Source: Hyalangium minutum (GTDB taxonomy: Bacteria > Myxococcota > Myxococcia > Myxococcales > Myxococcaceae). Taken from it: a DNA stretch of 64,000 bases. Positions 21,396-30,615 of the stretch are shown here, piece after piece (position 1 is the stretch's first letter; each line of letters starts with the position of its first letter). Location: NCBI RefSeq assembly GCF_000737315.1, contig NZ_JMCB01000012.1, positions 62,001 to 126,000 on the forward strand, given 5' to 3'. The notes below the pieces were generated by a model. It saw only the letters and a program-made list of their open reading frames with translations. It had not been told where the DNA came from and made no database searches. Made by a program: the position numbers and the translations under genes.

Positions 21396-23009
21396 TCACA
21401 TGAGCTTGTAGTAGCGCAGGGGCTGGCCCACGTTCTTCACGGGCGTCTCCGTGAGCGGACCGAACTGCAGCCCCTTCACCCAGGCATCCGTGGACTCGGC
21501 CAGCGCATGGCGCGCGCCCTCCATCACCAGCGTCTCGCGGAAGCCTCCGAGCGACTGCAGGCGCGCCGTCTGGTTCATCCCCGTGGAGAAGGCCGTGTAG
21601 TTCCGGTTGGGCCCGAGCAGGCCGCAGTTGACGTGCGCCAGGTTCACGCCGATGGCCACGCCCAGCCCGGGCAGTTGCACCTTCTTGCACAGCGCCATCA
21701 CTTCCTCCCGGGCGCTAAGCGACGCGGTGTACTGCTGGATGTCGTGCGCGGCGCGCAGCACGGCCTCGGCGCGCTGCTCGCGGCTCGTCTCGAAGAAGGG
21801 CGGGCCAAACAGGCCGATGACGCAGTCGCCCACCATCTTGTCGAACACGCCGCCGTGCTCCCAGATGAAGTCCACCACGCGCGCGCTCCACTCATCCACG
21901 AAGCGGGCAATGCTCTTGGGGCTGTCGAAGCCCTGCTCGCAGATGCGGGTGAAGCTGTTGATGTCCGCGAAGAGGATGCCCACCTCCTGATCCTGCGGCC
22001 GCAGGTGGTTGGCGTAGGCCGGGTCTCTCAGCAGTTCGTCGATGGTGTTGGTGCGGAAGAACTGCGACAGGTGGATGCGCTCGCGGTTGTAGTCCAGCAG
22101 GCGTTGGCTGAGGCCCGAGGCCAGCACCCGGACAATCTCCATGGTGTACGAGGAGAAGCCCTCGTCGCTCCACAGGACGATCTTCCCGAGCAGGTCGCCC
22201 GAGGAGGAGCCAGAGATGAGCACCACCTCCGAGGTACGCCCCCGGGCCTGGCCGAAGAGCTGGCGCAGCGAACCATCCACGCCCGTGAGGAGCTCCGGGC
22301 CGTGCTTCTGGATGAGGCGCTCCAGGTGCGGGCCGGGGCGCTCGGTGCTCTCGTACTCCAGGTGGCCGTGGCGCCAGGTGCGGTAGTGCAGCATCTGCGG
22401 GCGCACCGCGTCCCGGTACAGCAGCAGGAAGCCAGGCAGCCGCACCCGCTGCGACAACGCCAGCACCGCCTGATCCATCCCCACCTCGAAGACAGGGTTG
22501 GACAGGTGCTGGTTGCACTGGATGATGAGGTGTTGCTTCTCCGCCGCGGTGTGCACGAGGCACAGCACGGTGTCGAGCAGCTCGGCCACCGTCTCCAGAA
22601 TCCGGGAGATGCGCGCCGACTCCAACACGCCGGTGTGGTCCCCGGGGAAGAGCATGCCGATGGAGCCCACGCGGGTGCCCACCACGTCCAGTGGCTGGGT
22701 GACGAGCGTCCCCTCCTCCAGGCGCCGCACGCCGCTGGCCTCTTGCAACAACCCGCTGGGGTGGCGCTCGCCCCAGGGGCCCTCGTGCCACGTCTGCTCG
22801 GCCAGCTCCTCGTTGCGCGTGCTGAGGGCGATGGCGCGAGCGTCCGTCAGCTCCAGGACGCGCGGGAAGCACCGATCGAAGGTCTGCTGCAGACCCTCGC
22901 GGTTCTTGAGGCTCTCCTCCACCAGTTCATCGAGGGTGCGATGGAGGTGGCGCAACATCCGGAGCTCCTCCAACGAGGGCTCCGCGGGCAGCGTGTACGA
23001 CGCTTTCAT
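21396..23009 (-). CDS. Soluble class III adenylate cyclase with N-terminal GAF-like region
   Basis: LFADINSFT, FDKMVGDCV (Lys specifies ATP), NYTAFSTGMNQTARLQ. Confidence 0.88.
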   Translation of the reverse strand: MKASYTLPAEPSLEELRMLRHLHRTLDELVEESLKNREGLQQTFDRCFPRVLELTDARAIALSTRNEELAEQTWHEGPWGERHPSGLLQEASGVRRLEEGTLVTQPLDVVGTRVGSIGMLFPGDHTGVLESARISRILETVAELLDTVLCLVHTAAEKQHLIIQCNQHLSNPVFEVGMDQAVLALSQRVRLPGFLLLYRDAVRPQMLHYRTWRHGHLEYESTERPGPHLERLIQKHGPELLTGVDGSLRQLFGQARGRTSEVVLISGSSSGDLLGKIVLWSDEGFSSYTMEIVRVLASGLSQRLLDYNRERIHLSQFFRTNTIDELLRDPAYANHLRPQDQEVGILFADINSFTRICEQGFDSPKSIARFVDEWSARVVDFIWEHGGVFDKMVGDCVIGLFGPPFFETSREQRAEAVLRAAHDIQQYTASLSAREEVMALCKKVQLPGLGVAIGVNLAHVNCGLLGPNRNYTAFSTGMNQTARLQSLGGFRETLVMEGARHALAESTDAWVKGLQFGPLTETPVKNVGQPLRYYKLM

Positions 23010-23050
23010 GAGGCGAGGTTCTACAGCCCTCCGGCCTCCGTGTCACAGGC

Positions 23051-23911
23051 TCACCCGGACACCTGGGGGACATGCATCTCGCCGCCGGTCACCTTTCCCC
23101 CTGAGACCTCAATGACCCAGTACCCCTCCCGACCCGCCAGGGTGGAGGAGCCCGCTCCGAAGATGTGGGGGCGATCGGCGGTCGCGACGTGGTGGTAGCG
23201 GTGGTGAACGTGGCCGTGCAGCACCGCGTACCGAGGCCCCGGCAGCAGCTGGCAGAGCGCGTCCGCGTCCCGCAGCCCATGGAGCCACGAGTCCGGGCGG
23301 CCATGGTGCGTCAACGGCGCATGGTGGACCACCACGAGCACGGCGCGGTGCGCCAGCCGTGGATCCTTCACGATCGCCTCGAGCCCCTCCAACTGCGTGG
23401 GACCAATGAGGCCACTGGAGACGCCGGGGACAGGGGGGACGCGAGCCGAGAGGAGCCCTACGACAGCAGCTTCCTCGCCCACCAGCCGGACGAACGGAAA
23501 CGCGCCCTCCCGGCGGTGCTCGGGCAGGTCGCTCTCCAGGAGGTGGCCGAAGTAGCGCTCGAAGCGCCCTTTGCGGTGGCTGCCCGGGGTGTAGACGTCG
23601 TGGTTGCCTGGGATGATGGTGCACCGGCTCCGGTCCTCCACCAGCGGACCGAGCGCGGCGCGGGCGCGCTCGAACTCGGAGGGCAGCGCGTAGGCGGTGA
23701 GGTCTCCCGAGAGGATGAAGTGGTCGGCCTGATGCCCCTGGGCCTCGCGGGCGATGGCGGCGAGCGTCTCCGGGGCCTTGCGATACGCGCGAGCCCGCCC
23801 TCCGATCGTCAGCTCAGCCAGGGCCACCCAGCGGCGCCAGCCCAGCTTGAAGAACGACTGTGCGAAGTAGTCAGCGGTGATGTGGACGTCGGAGCAGTGG
23901 ACGAAGCGCAT
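23051..23911 (-). CDS. Calcineurin-like metallophosphoesterase (CpdA/Icc-like)
   Basis: SDVH, SGDLT, PGNHD, VHH, HGHVH. Confidence 0.9.
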   Translation of the reverse strand: MRFVHCSDVHITADYFAQSFFKLGWRRWVALAELTIGGRARAYRKAPETLAAIAREAQGHQADHFILSGDLTAYALPSEFERARAALGPLVEDRSRCTIIPGNHDVYTPGSHRKGRFERYFGHLLESDLPEHRREGAFPFVRLVGEEAAVVGLLSARVPPVPGVSSGLIGPTQLEGLEAIVKDPRLAHRAVLVVVHHAPLTHHGRPDSWLHGLRDADALCQLLPGPRYAVLHGHVHHRYHHVATADRPHIFGAGSSTLAGREGYWVIEVSGGKVTGGEMHVPQVSG

Positions 23912-24039
23912 GGAAGAGGCCCAGGCAGGAACGGCCCGCCCGGGGACAGCATTCTCTCCGAGCCAGGGGGGAGGGGAAGCAGCTTCGACAGGTGTCTCGC
24001 GCTCGACTGATAGAACCCGGCGGAGTACGAGTTCAGCCC

Positions 24040-25248
24040 ATGACGCGAACCGTGCTCCTCCTCAGCCTGCTCCTGGGCACCTCGAGTGGCGCTCAGAGCA
24101 CTTCCCGGCGGGTGGCCGTGCTGCCCTTCCAGGCGCTCTCGGGAGATGTGCCGGGGAAGGTGGGCCCCCGGCTGACGCAGCGGCTCGCCACCGAGGTGCG
24201 CGGCGTCGAGGGCCTGGAGCTGGCCGAGCCACCCGAGACAGAGCCCCCTCCGGATGCGCTCGCCCAGGCCCGCGAGGCGGTGAAGGAGGCCGTATCCCGC
24301 AGGCAGAAGCGCGACTTCGCGGGAGCGGAGGCCTCGCTCGGCCGGGCGCTTGATGCCTACGCAACCCCCGCCGTGGCCGCTGCCCTCCCAAGTGGGAGCG
24401 AGCTGGCCGATGCCCATGCGCTGCGCGCCGCGGTGCGCTACTCCCAAGGCCGGGATGAAGAGGCTGCACGGGAGCTCTCCTTCGCCCTGTCGCTCTCTCC
24501 GGGGCGAGCGCTTCCCCTGGCCGCCACCTCTCCCCTCTTCTCCCTCACAGTGGAGCGCGTGCGCGCGGAGCTTCAGCAAAAGCCTCGCGGCACCGTGCGC
24601 TTCGTCTCCGTGCCTCCGGGAGTGCCGGTGGCGCTCGACGGCCACCCCGTGGAGAGCGCTCCAGTGCGAGTGGTGGAGGTGCCACCAGGCCTGCACCTTT
24701 GGCGCGCCACCCTGCCCTCCGGAGAGGCCACGGGCGGGGTGGTAGAAGCGCTGAGCAACAAGGAGGTGGAGGTCCAGGTGCAGCCCCCGGGCGAGGGACC
24801 GGGCGCGGTGCTCGCCGCGGCGCTCGCGGGCAACCGGGTGGACGCGTCGGCGGTGGATGCGGCGACGGCGCTCGGACAGACGCTGCGCGCGGAGCTCGTC
24901 ATCTTCGGCACGGTATCCCGGACGGACCAGGGGCTCGCCATGGATGCCTTCGTGCATGCCCCCGGCTCGAAGACGCTGCGCCGGGTGCCGCGCATCGCCC
25001 TGGACACGGACCTGCTCGACGCGGGTCCACCGCTGCGGGAGCTGTCCGCCGCGGTGGCCTCGCGCGGGGCACAGCTCGGAGACGCTGTCACCCTGCCCGT
25101 GGCGCCCTCCCCCAGAGCTGCTGCCGCGCCGCGACCCTCTCAGGTGAAGTACCCGCTGGAGGACGTGCCCTTGAGCGCTCCGAAGCCCACGGCACCACCG
25201 CCCGCCCGTCCCCCCCTCGCCCCCAGGAAGCCGCTGGTTCGCCCATGA
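24040..25248 (+). CDS. Exported PEGA-domain protein
   Basis: Signal peptide; RRVAVLPF; helical region; PEGA-like GTVRFVSVPPGVPVALDG; Pro-rich tail. Confidence 0.75.
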   Translation: MTRTVLLLSLLLGTSSGAQSTSRRVAVLPFQALSGDVPGKVGPRLTQRLATEVRGVEGLELAEPPETEPPPDALAQAREAVKEAVSRRQKRDFAGAEASLGRALDAYATPAVAAALPSGSELADAHALRAAVRYSQGRDEEAARELSFALSLSPGRALPLAATSPLFSLTVERVRAELQQKPRGTVRFVSVPPGVPVALDGHPVESAPVRVVEVPPGLHLWRATLPSGEATGGVVEALSNKEVEVQVQPPGEGPGAVLAAALAGNRVDASAVDAATALGQTLRAELVIFGTVSRTDQGLAMDAFVHAPGSKTLRRVPRIALDTDLLDAGPPLRELSAAVASRGAQLGDAVTLPVAPSPRAAAAPRPSQVKYPLEDVPLSAPKPTAPPPARPPLAPRKPLVRP

Positions 25249-26189
25249 CCTTCCGCGGACGCTTCGCGCCCAGTCCCACGGGGCGCCTCCACCTCGGAAA
25301 TGCCCGGAGCGCGTTGCTCGGCTGGCTCCAGGCCCGTGCCGCGGGAGGCCAGTTCCTCCTGCGCGTGGAGGACCTCGACCGTGCGCGCTGCCGTCCCCAG
25401 TTCCTGGACGACCTGATGCGCGACCTGGAGTGGCTGGGCCTCACCTGGGACGAGCCTCCGCTCTTCCAGAGCGCACGGGACGACGTGTACCGGGACGCAC
25501 TGGAGCGGCTGGCACGGCTGGACCGTGTGTACCCCTGCTTCTGCACGCGCGCCGAGATCGCCCGTGCGGCCAGCGCTCCCCATGGCTTGAGCGACGAGGG
25601 CCCCCGCTACCCGGGAACCTGCGCCCACCTCTCCGCCGCCGAGATTACCGAGCGCTCCCTGACGCGCACGCCCGCGTACCGCTTCCGCTCCCTGCCCGGC
25701 GAGGTGCGCTTCGTGGACGGACTGCAAGGTCCCTCCTCGCAGGACGTGGCGGCGGTGGTGGGGGACTTCGTGGTGCGCCGCAATGACGGTGTGGCCAGCT
25801 ACCAGCTCGCGGTGGTGGTGGACGATGCCGCCTCGGGCATCACCCACGTGCTGCGAGGGGATGATCTGCTCAGCTCCACCCCTCGGCAGCTCCAGCTCTA
25901 CGCGGCGCTCGAGCTGCCCGCGCCCGAGTTCTTCCACGTCCCACTGGTGCTGGGCGAGGACGGCAAGCGGCTTGCCAAGCGCGAGGGTGCGTTCGCACTG
26001 GCCGAGCTCCGCGAGCGGGGACTACCAGCCGAGCGCGTCCTCGGACTGCTCGCCGCGTGGAGCGGGCTGGGAGACGGGAGCCCCGTGGCGCTGGAAGAGC
26101 TGGTCCGGCGCTTCCGGCCCGAGGTGCTGCCTCGCGCTCCCGTCGTGGCGCGGGAGCAGACGCTCGTCACTGCGCTGGGGCTGGGCTGA
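25245..26189 (+). CDS. gluQ: Glutamyl-Q tRNA(Asp) synthetase
   Basis: RFAPSPTGRLHLGN, CFCTR...YPGTC, RGDDLLSST, KRLAKR; no anticodon-binding domain; ATGA overlap with the upstream gene. Confidence 0.92.
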   Translation: MTFRGRFAPSPTGRLHLGNARSALLGWLQARAAGGQFLLRVEDLDRARCRPQFLDDLMRDLEWLGLTWDEPPLFQSARDDVYRDALERLARLDRVYPCFCTRAEIARAASAPHGLSDEGPRYPGTCAHLSAAEITERSLTRTPAYRFRSLPGEVRFVDGLQGPSSQDVAAVVGDFVVRRNDGVASYQLAVVVDDAASGITHVLRGDDLLSSTPRQLQLYAALELPAPEFFHVPLVLGEDGKRLAKREGAFALAELRERGLPAERVLGLLAAWSGLGDGSPVALEELVRRFRPEVLPRAPVVAREQTLVTALGLG

Positions 26190-26273
26190 CGCTGACCACA
26201 TGCCCATCTTCTCCTTTGGATGGCTCCGAGCGCTCGGCGGTCGGCCGGGCGCTCCCTCTCAGGAGAGACTCAC

Positions 26274-27206
26274 ATGGTAGAGATCGTGGAAAAGCCGCGC
26301 GTCGAGGCGATACCCGGAGTTCCCTTCAAGCTCAGCTGGGGCGCCATCTTCGGCGGTACGTTCGTAGCGTTAGGAGTATGGATCCTGCTGTACGCGCTGG
26401 GGCTGGCGCTGGGCTTCTCCTCCGTGGACCCCAATAACCCCGGCAGCGCGAAGTCCGCGGGCATTGGCACGGGCATCTGGTCGCTGATCGCCCCGCTCAT
26501 CGCGCTCTTCGTGGGAGGCCTGGTCGCAGCCCGGACAGCGGGCGTGGTGGACAAGATGGGCGGCGCGCTGCACGGCGCGGTGCTCTGGGGACTCACGACG
26601 CTGGTGGGCGTCATCGTGATGGGCATGGCGCTCTCCTCGCTGCTGGGAGCCGTCTTCAACGTGGGGAAGACCGCGGTGGAAGTCACGGGAGCCGCCATCT
26701 CCGGAGCCGCCTCGCCGGGGTCCCCAGCCAGGAAGATTGCTAGCGCGTTCGGGCTGAACGCGGAGGACGCGCTCGCCCCCGTCAACCAGCGGCTGCGGCA
26801 GGAGGGCAAGGCGCCCATCACCACGGACCAGCTCCAGGCGGCCACGAGGGATGTCCTCAACACCGCCATCCAGCAGGGCCGGCTGGACCGGGAGCTGCTG
26901 GTGAACGCCGTCGCCCAGAACACGGCGCTCTCGCTCCAGGACGCGGAGGGCATCGCCAGCCGGATTGAGGTCCAGTGGAACCAGGCCCAGAACCAGGTAG
27001 CGCAGGTGGGCCAGCAGGTGCAGCAGGAAGCACTGAAGGCCGCGGACACCACGGGCCGCGTGTTCTGGGGCGTGTTCGCCGCGCTCCTGTTCGGGCTCGT
27101 CTCGGCCATCCTCGGAGCCACGCTGGGGGTGAGCAGGCGCCAGCGCTACTACGCGGAGGATACTGCCGTCCCGCCCATGGGCCCGCGCCGTGAGGTGTAT
27201 CCGTAG
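26274..27206 (+). CDS. Multi-pass membrane protein of unknown function
   Basis: SWGAIFGG; four N-terminal TM helices, a soluble helical loop and a C-terminal TM; RBS AGGAG. Confidence 0.75.
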   Translation: MVEIVEKPRVEAIPGVPFKLSWGAIFGGTFVALGVWILLYALGLALGFSSVDPNNPGSAKSAGIGTGIWSLIAPLIALFVGGLVAARTAGVVDKMGGALHGAVLWGLTTLVGVIVMGMALSSLLGAVFNVGKTAVEVTGAAISGAASPGSPARKIASAFGLNAEDALAPVNQRLRQEGKAPITTDQLQAATRDVLNTAIQQGRLDRELLVNAVAQNTALSLQDAEGIASRIEVQWNQAQNQVAQVGQQVQQEALKAADTTGRVFWGVFAALLFGLVSAILGATLGVSRRQRYYAEDTAVPPMGPRREVYP

Positions 27207-27257
27207 GGTATCGCTCCTGCCCGGCCTCGCCTTGGAATCCCGAGGCGAGGCCCTGGC

Positions 27258-29186
27258 TCAGGAGGCTGGGGATTCCGTCATCACGCCGCGCACGAACTCG
27301 CGCAGCTCCTTCGGCGTGAAGGGCTTCTCCATGTGGCGGTTCTTCACCCGGCCCAGGAAATCACGGGCCATGGGCGTGAAGGCGCCTCCCGTCAGGAACA
27401 CCACCCGCGAGGACTGCTCCGGTGCCACGCGAGCGATCTCCTCGAAGAGATCCATGCCGCTCATCTCCGGCATCATCAGATCGCAGAGGATCAGATCGTA
27501 GCGCTCGCCGCGGATCAGCTGCGTCAGCGCCTCGCGTGCGCTCGTCAGCGCGGTGATGTCGTGCTCTTGCCGGAGCGAGCGCGAGATGGCCGTGCCGATC
27601 ATGGGTTCGTCGTCCACGCTGAGGATGCGTCCCCGGCGGCCAGGGCACGGCGCGGGAGCGGCCAAGGGCTGCGCGGCAGTGGGCTCGGTGACGACAGCGG
27701 GCAGGATGACCCGGAAGGTACTGCCCTGGCCCAGCTTGCTCTCCACCTCCATGCGCCCGTTGAAGCCCGTGACGATGCCCAGGCAGATGGAGAGACTGAG
27801 TCCCGTCGTCCCTCCACCCGGCCGGATCGTGAGAAACGGCTCGAAGATCCGGTCCCGCAGCTCCGGAGGGATGCCTACTCCCGTGTCGTGGATCTCGATG
27901 ATGGCCAGGTTGTCCTTCCGCCGGGTGACGACGCGGATCTGGTGCCGGTCCACGGCGTTCTCGGGGGTGGCCCTCGCGGCGTTGACGAGCAGGTTGAGGA
28001 ACACCTGCCCCAGCCGCGGCTCCTGCGCCTCCACGATGAGTGTGTCCGTGTACTCGCGGACGAGCAGGGCCCGGTGGCGAATCTCGTTCCACGCCAGGCG
28101 CACCGCGGACTCGAGCACGCGGTGAACGTCCACCTGCGTGTTGCGCGCCTCGCGCTCCACCTGGGAGAAGAGCCGCAGTTGCTGGGTAATCTCCCGGATG
28201 CGCTGCACGCCCTGCTGGGTTTCGGCGAGCAGCTCGCGCAGCTCTTCACGCCGGTCTCCCTCCAACGGGAGGCTCGGGAAGATCTCCGTCTCCAGGTGGG
28301 AGAGGTTGGCCATCACATAGGCCAGCGGGTTGTTGATCTCGTGGCCGATGCCTCCGGCAAGCGTCCCCAGTGAAGCCATGCGATCCGACAGCATGAGCCG
28401 GGCCTGCATCTGCCGGCGCTCCGTCAGGTCGCGGACGATCCACATGGAGCACGGGTGCCCATCGAACACGACGATGAAGTGGGCGACCTCCACGGGGACA
28501 ATCCCTCCAGGGTGGCGCAGGAACCGCAGCTCCCTCACCGAGCGCGCGCCCTGATGGCCCTCCAGCTTGACGTGCGGCAGGATGTCCCGATCCTCGGGGT
28601 GGATGAAGGACATCATCTGCGCGCTCGTCATGCCTACGAACTCTTCCGTGGAGGTGCCCCCCAGCAGCGCGACGATCGCGGGGTTGGCGTAGATGAGCCG
28701 CTCCTCGTGCCACACGCTGATGGCATCCGGGAGCCGCTCGATGAGCTCGCGGAAGCTCTCCTGAGAGCGGCGCAGCGCCTCCACCATGCGTGCCTGCTGG
28801 AGCGTGTAACGAACAGCGCGCGTCAGCACCATGGGCGTCAGCTGGGCTTTCACCAGGAAGTCCGCGGCACCGCCCTCCAGGGCCCTGCGGTCAATCTCGG
28901 CATCGGCCACCCCCGTCAACAGGATGACCGGCACATGGCACCCGCGCTCCCGCGCCTGCTTCAGCAGCTCGATCCCCGTCTGTGATCCCAGGTGGTAGTC
29001 GAGCAGGCACATGTCATGGCGACCCTCACACAACGCCTCGAGCGCCGTGTCCGTGTCATCCCTCCAGTCAAGCTCCACTGGTTCGGAGCGCACGCCTCGC
29101 AAGGCGTCTCGTACGAGCACGTAGTCATCTTCGTCATCCTCGATGAGGAGGACGCGAATGGGACGTTGGCTGGCCTCCGGCGTCAT
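27258..29186 (-). CDS. Hybrid histidine kinase REC-PAS-HisKA-HATPase-REC
   Basis: IEDDEDD/LLDY REC; PAS; GHEINNPL; NLLVNAA; DTGVGI; C-terminal VDDE/LCDLMMP REC. Confidence 0.93.
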   Translation of the reverse strand: MTPEASQRPIRVLLIEDDEDDYVLVRDALRGVRSEPVELDWRDDTDTALEALCEGRHDMCLLDYHLGSQTGIELLKQARERGCHVPVILLTGVADAEIDRRALEGGAADFLVKAQLTPMVLTRAVRYTLQQARMVEALRRSQESFRELIERLPDAISVWHEERLIYANPAIVALLGGTSTEEFVGMTSAQMMSFIHPEDRDILPHVKLEGHQGARSVRELRFLRHPGGIVPVEVAHFIVVFDGHPCSMWIVRDLTERRQMQARLMLSDRMASLGTLAGGIGHEINNPLAYVMANLSHLETEIFPSLPLEGDRREELRELLAETQQGVQRIREITQQLRLFSQVEREARNTQVDVHRVLESAVRLAWNEIRHRALLVREYTDTLIVEAQEPRLGQVFLNLLVNAARATPENAVDRHQIRVVTRRKDNLAIIEIHDTGVGIPPELRDRIFEPFLTIRPGGGTTGLSLSICLGIVTGFNGRMEVESKLGQGSTFRVILPAVVTEPTAAQPLAAPAPCPGRRGRILSVDDEPMIGTAISRSLRQEHDITALTSAREALTQLIRGERYDLILCDLMMPEMSGMDLFEEIARVAPEQSSRVVFLTGGAFTPMARDFLGRVKNRHMEKPFTPKELREFVRGVMTESPAS

Positions 29187-30499
29187 GGCTGAGCGGGCTG
29201 CGCGACCGCCTGTACCTGCGGGAGGCGGATGGTGAACGTAGAGCCTTGGCCGGGAGAGCTGTGGGCAGCGATGGTGCCGCCGTGGCGCTCGGCGATCTTG
29301 CGGCAGATGGCCAGCCCGAGCCCGGTGCCCTCGTACTTGCCGCGCCCATGCAAGCGCTGGAAGAGGGCGAAAATCTTCTCCGCGTGCTTCTCCTCGAAGC
29401 CGATGCCGTTGTCCTGCACGAGGATCTCGTGGCGTCCGGACTCCTTCTCTACCGAGGCCTCGAGGGTGATGCGCGGCGGGGCATCCTCGCGGCGGAACTT
29501 GAGGGCATTGCTCAGCAAGTTCTGCAGCAGCTGCCGCATCTGGGTCGGGTCACCCTGGATGACGGGGAGCTCCCCCACCGTAACGGTGGCCTTCGCCTGC
29601 TCAATGGCCACCTCGAGATCTCCCAGCACCTCGCGGGCGATGGTGGACAGATCCACGCGGGTGAAGGGCTGAGCCTTGGAGGTCACACGGGCGAAGGCGA
29701 GCAAGTCTTCAATCAGCCGCCGCATGCGCGTGGCGGCGTTGTGCATCCGCTCCAAGTAGTCCTGGGCCTCGGGGGCCAGCGTCCCGGCTGTCACTGTCTT
29801 CAAGCGCTCGCCGAAGGACTGGATCTTCCGAAGCGGCTCCTGCAAGTCATGCGAGGCCACGGACGCGAAGCTCTCCAGCTCGCGGTTGGACTGCGCCAGC
29901 TCGCGGTTGGACTGCTCCAACTGGAGCTGCGTCTTCTTGAGGCTCGTGACGTCGGTGGTGATCATCGTAAAACCGACAATCTGCCCCTCGTCCCGGATGG
30001 GCCCCACGCGCACCACGTACCATGAGGGTCCCGTGTCGGCGTACGACTGGACATCATACGAGTCCGGCACACCCGTCTCGAGCACCCTGTGGAAGACGGC
30101 CCGGCACCGCTCATGGTCCGCGGGCAGGAGGAAGTCGTAGACGCTGCGGCCCAGCACCTGCTCGTACGTCAGGCCGGGGATGGTGAAGTTGACGAAGCGG
30201 ATCCGATCGGAGGTGTCGGCGGTCATCATCATGTTCTGCGACTGCTCGACGAGCGCCCCGATGCCGAACTTCTCCACCGAAGACAGCCGGCGGGCCTCCA
30301 GCAGTGCCGCATGCTCGTTGAGGGCCTGAGCCACACGTCCCAGAGGGCCAGAGCCTGTCCGGCAGCGGATATGCGGCTCGTTGGTGGCCAGCCTTTGGAT
30401 GAACTCCACCAGTTCTTCAGGGGTGACGTCGGTTCCTCCTTCGAGTGACGCCTGGCTCCCCGCTGCTGGCTTCCCCTTGACAGCCGCATCCTGGCTCAT
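29183..30499 (-). CDS. Cytoplasmic PAS sensor histidine kinase (Cph1-like HisKA)
   Basis: ASHDLQEPLRKI, NLLSNALKF, DNGIG, GTGLGLAIC; start trimmed to ATG 30499; ATGA overlap with the hybrid kinase. Confidence 0.93.
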   Translation of the reverse strand: MSQDAAVKGKPAAGSQASLEGGTDVTPEELVEFIQRLATNEPHIRCRTGSGPLGRVAQALNEHAALLEARRLSSVEKFGIGALVEQSQNMMMTADTSDRIRFVNFTIPGLTYEQVLGRSVYDFLLPADHERCRAVFHRVLETGVPDSYDVQSYADTGPSWYVVRVGPIRDEGQIVGFTMITTDVTSLKKTQLQLEQSNRELAQSNRELESFASVASHDLQEPLRKIQSFGERLKTVTAGTLAPEAQDYLERMHNAATRMRRLIEDLLAFARVTSKAQPFTRVDLSTIAREVLGDLEVAIEQAKATVTVGELPVIQGDPTQMRQLLQNLLSNALKFRREDAPPRITLEASVEKESGRHEILVQDNGIGFEEKHAEKIFALFQRLHGRGKYEGTGLGLAICRKIAERHGGTIAAHSSPGQGSTFTIRLPQVQAVAQPAQP

Positions 30500-30615
30500 C
30501 CGTCTGGCTCCTCTCGAGATGCGTGCACACGCAGAGGGGAGCGCCGCTCGCCCCCTGGCCCCCTGGCCATGTACACTTCCCCCCCAACATATCCTGCAAA
30601 AGAGGGGGCAGGCAC

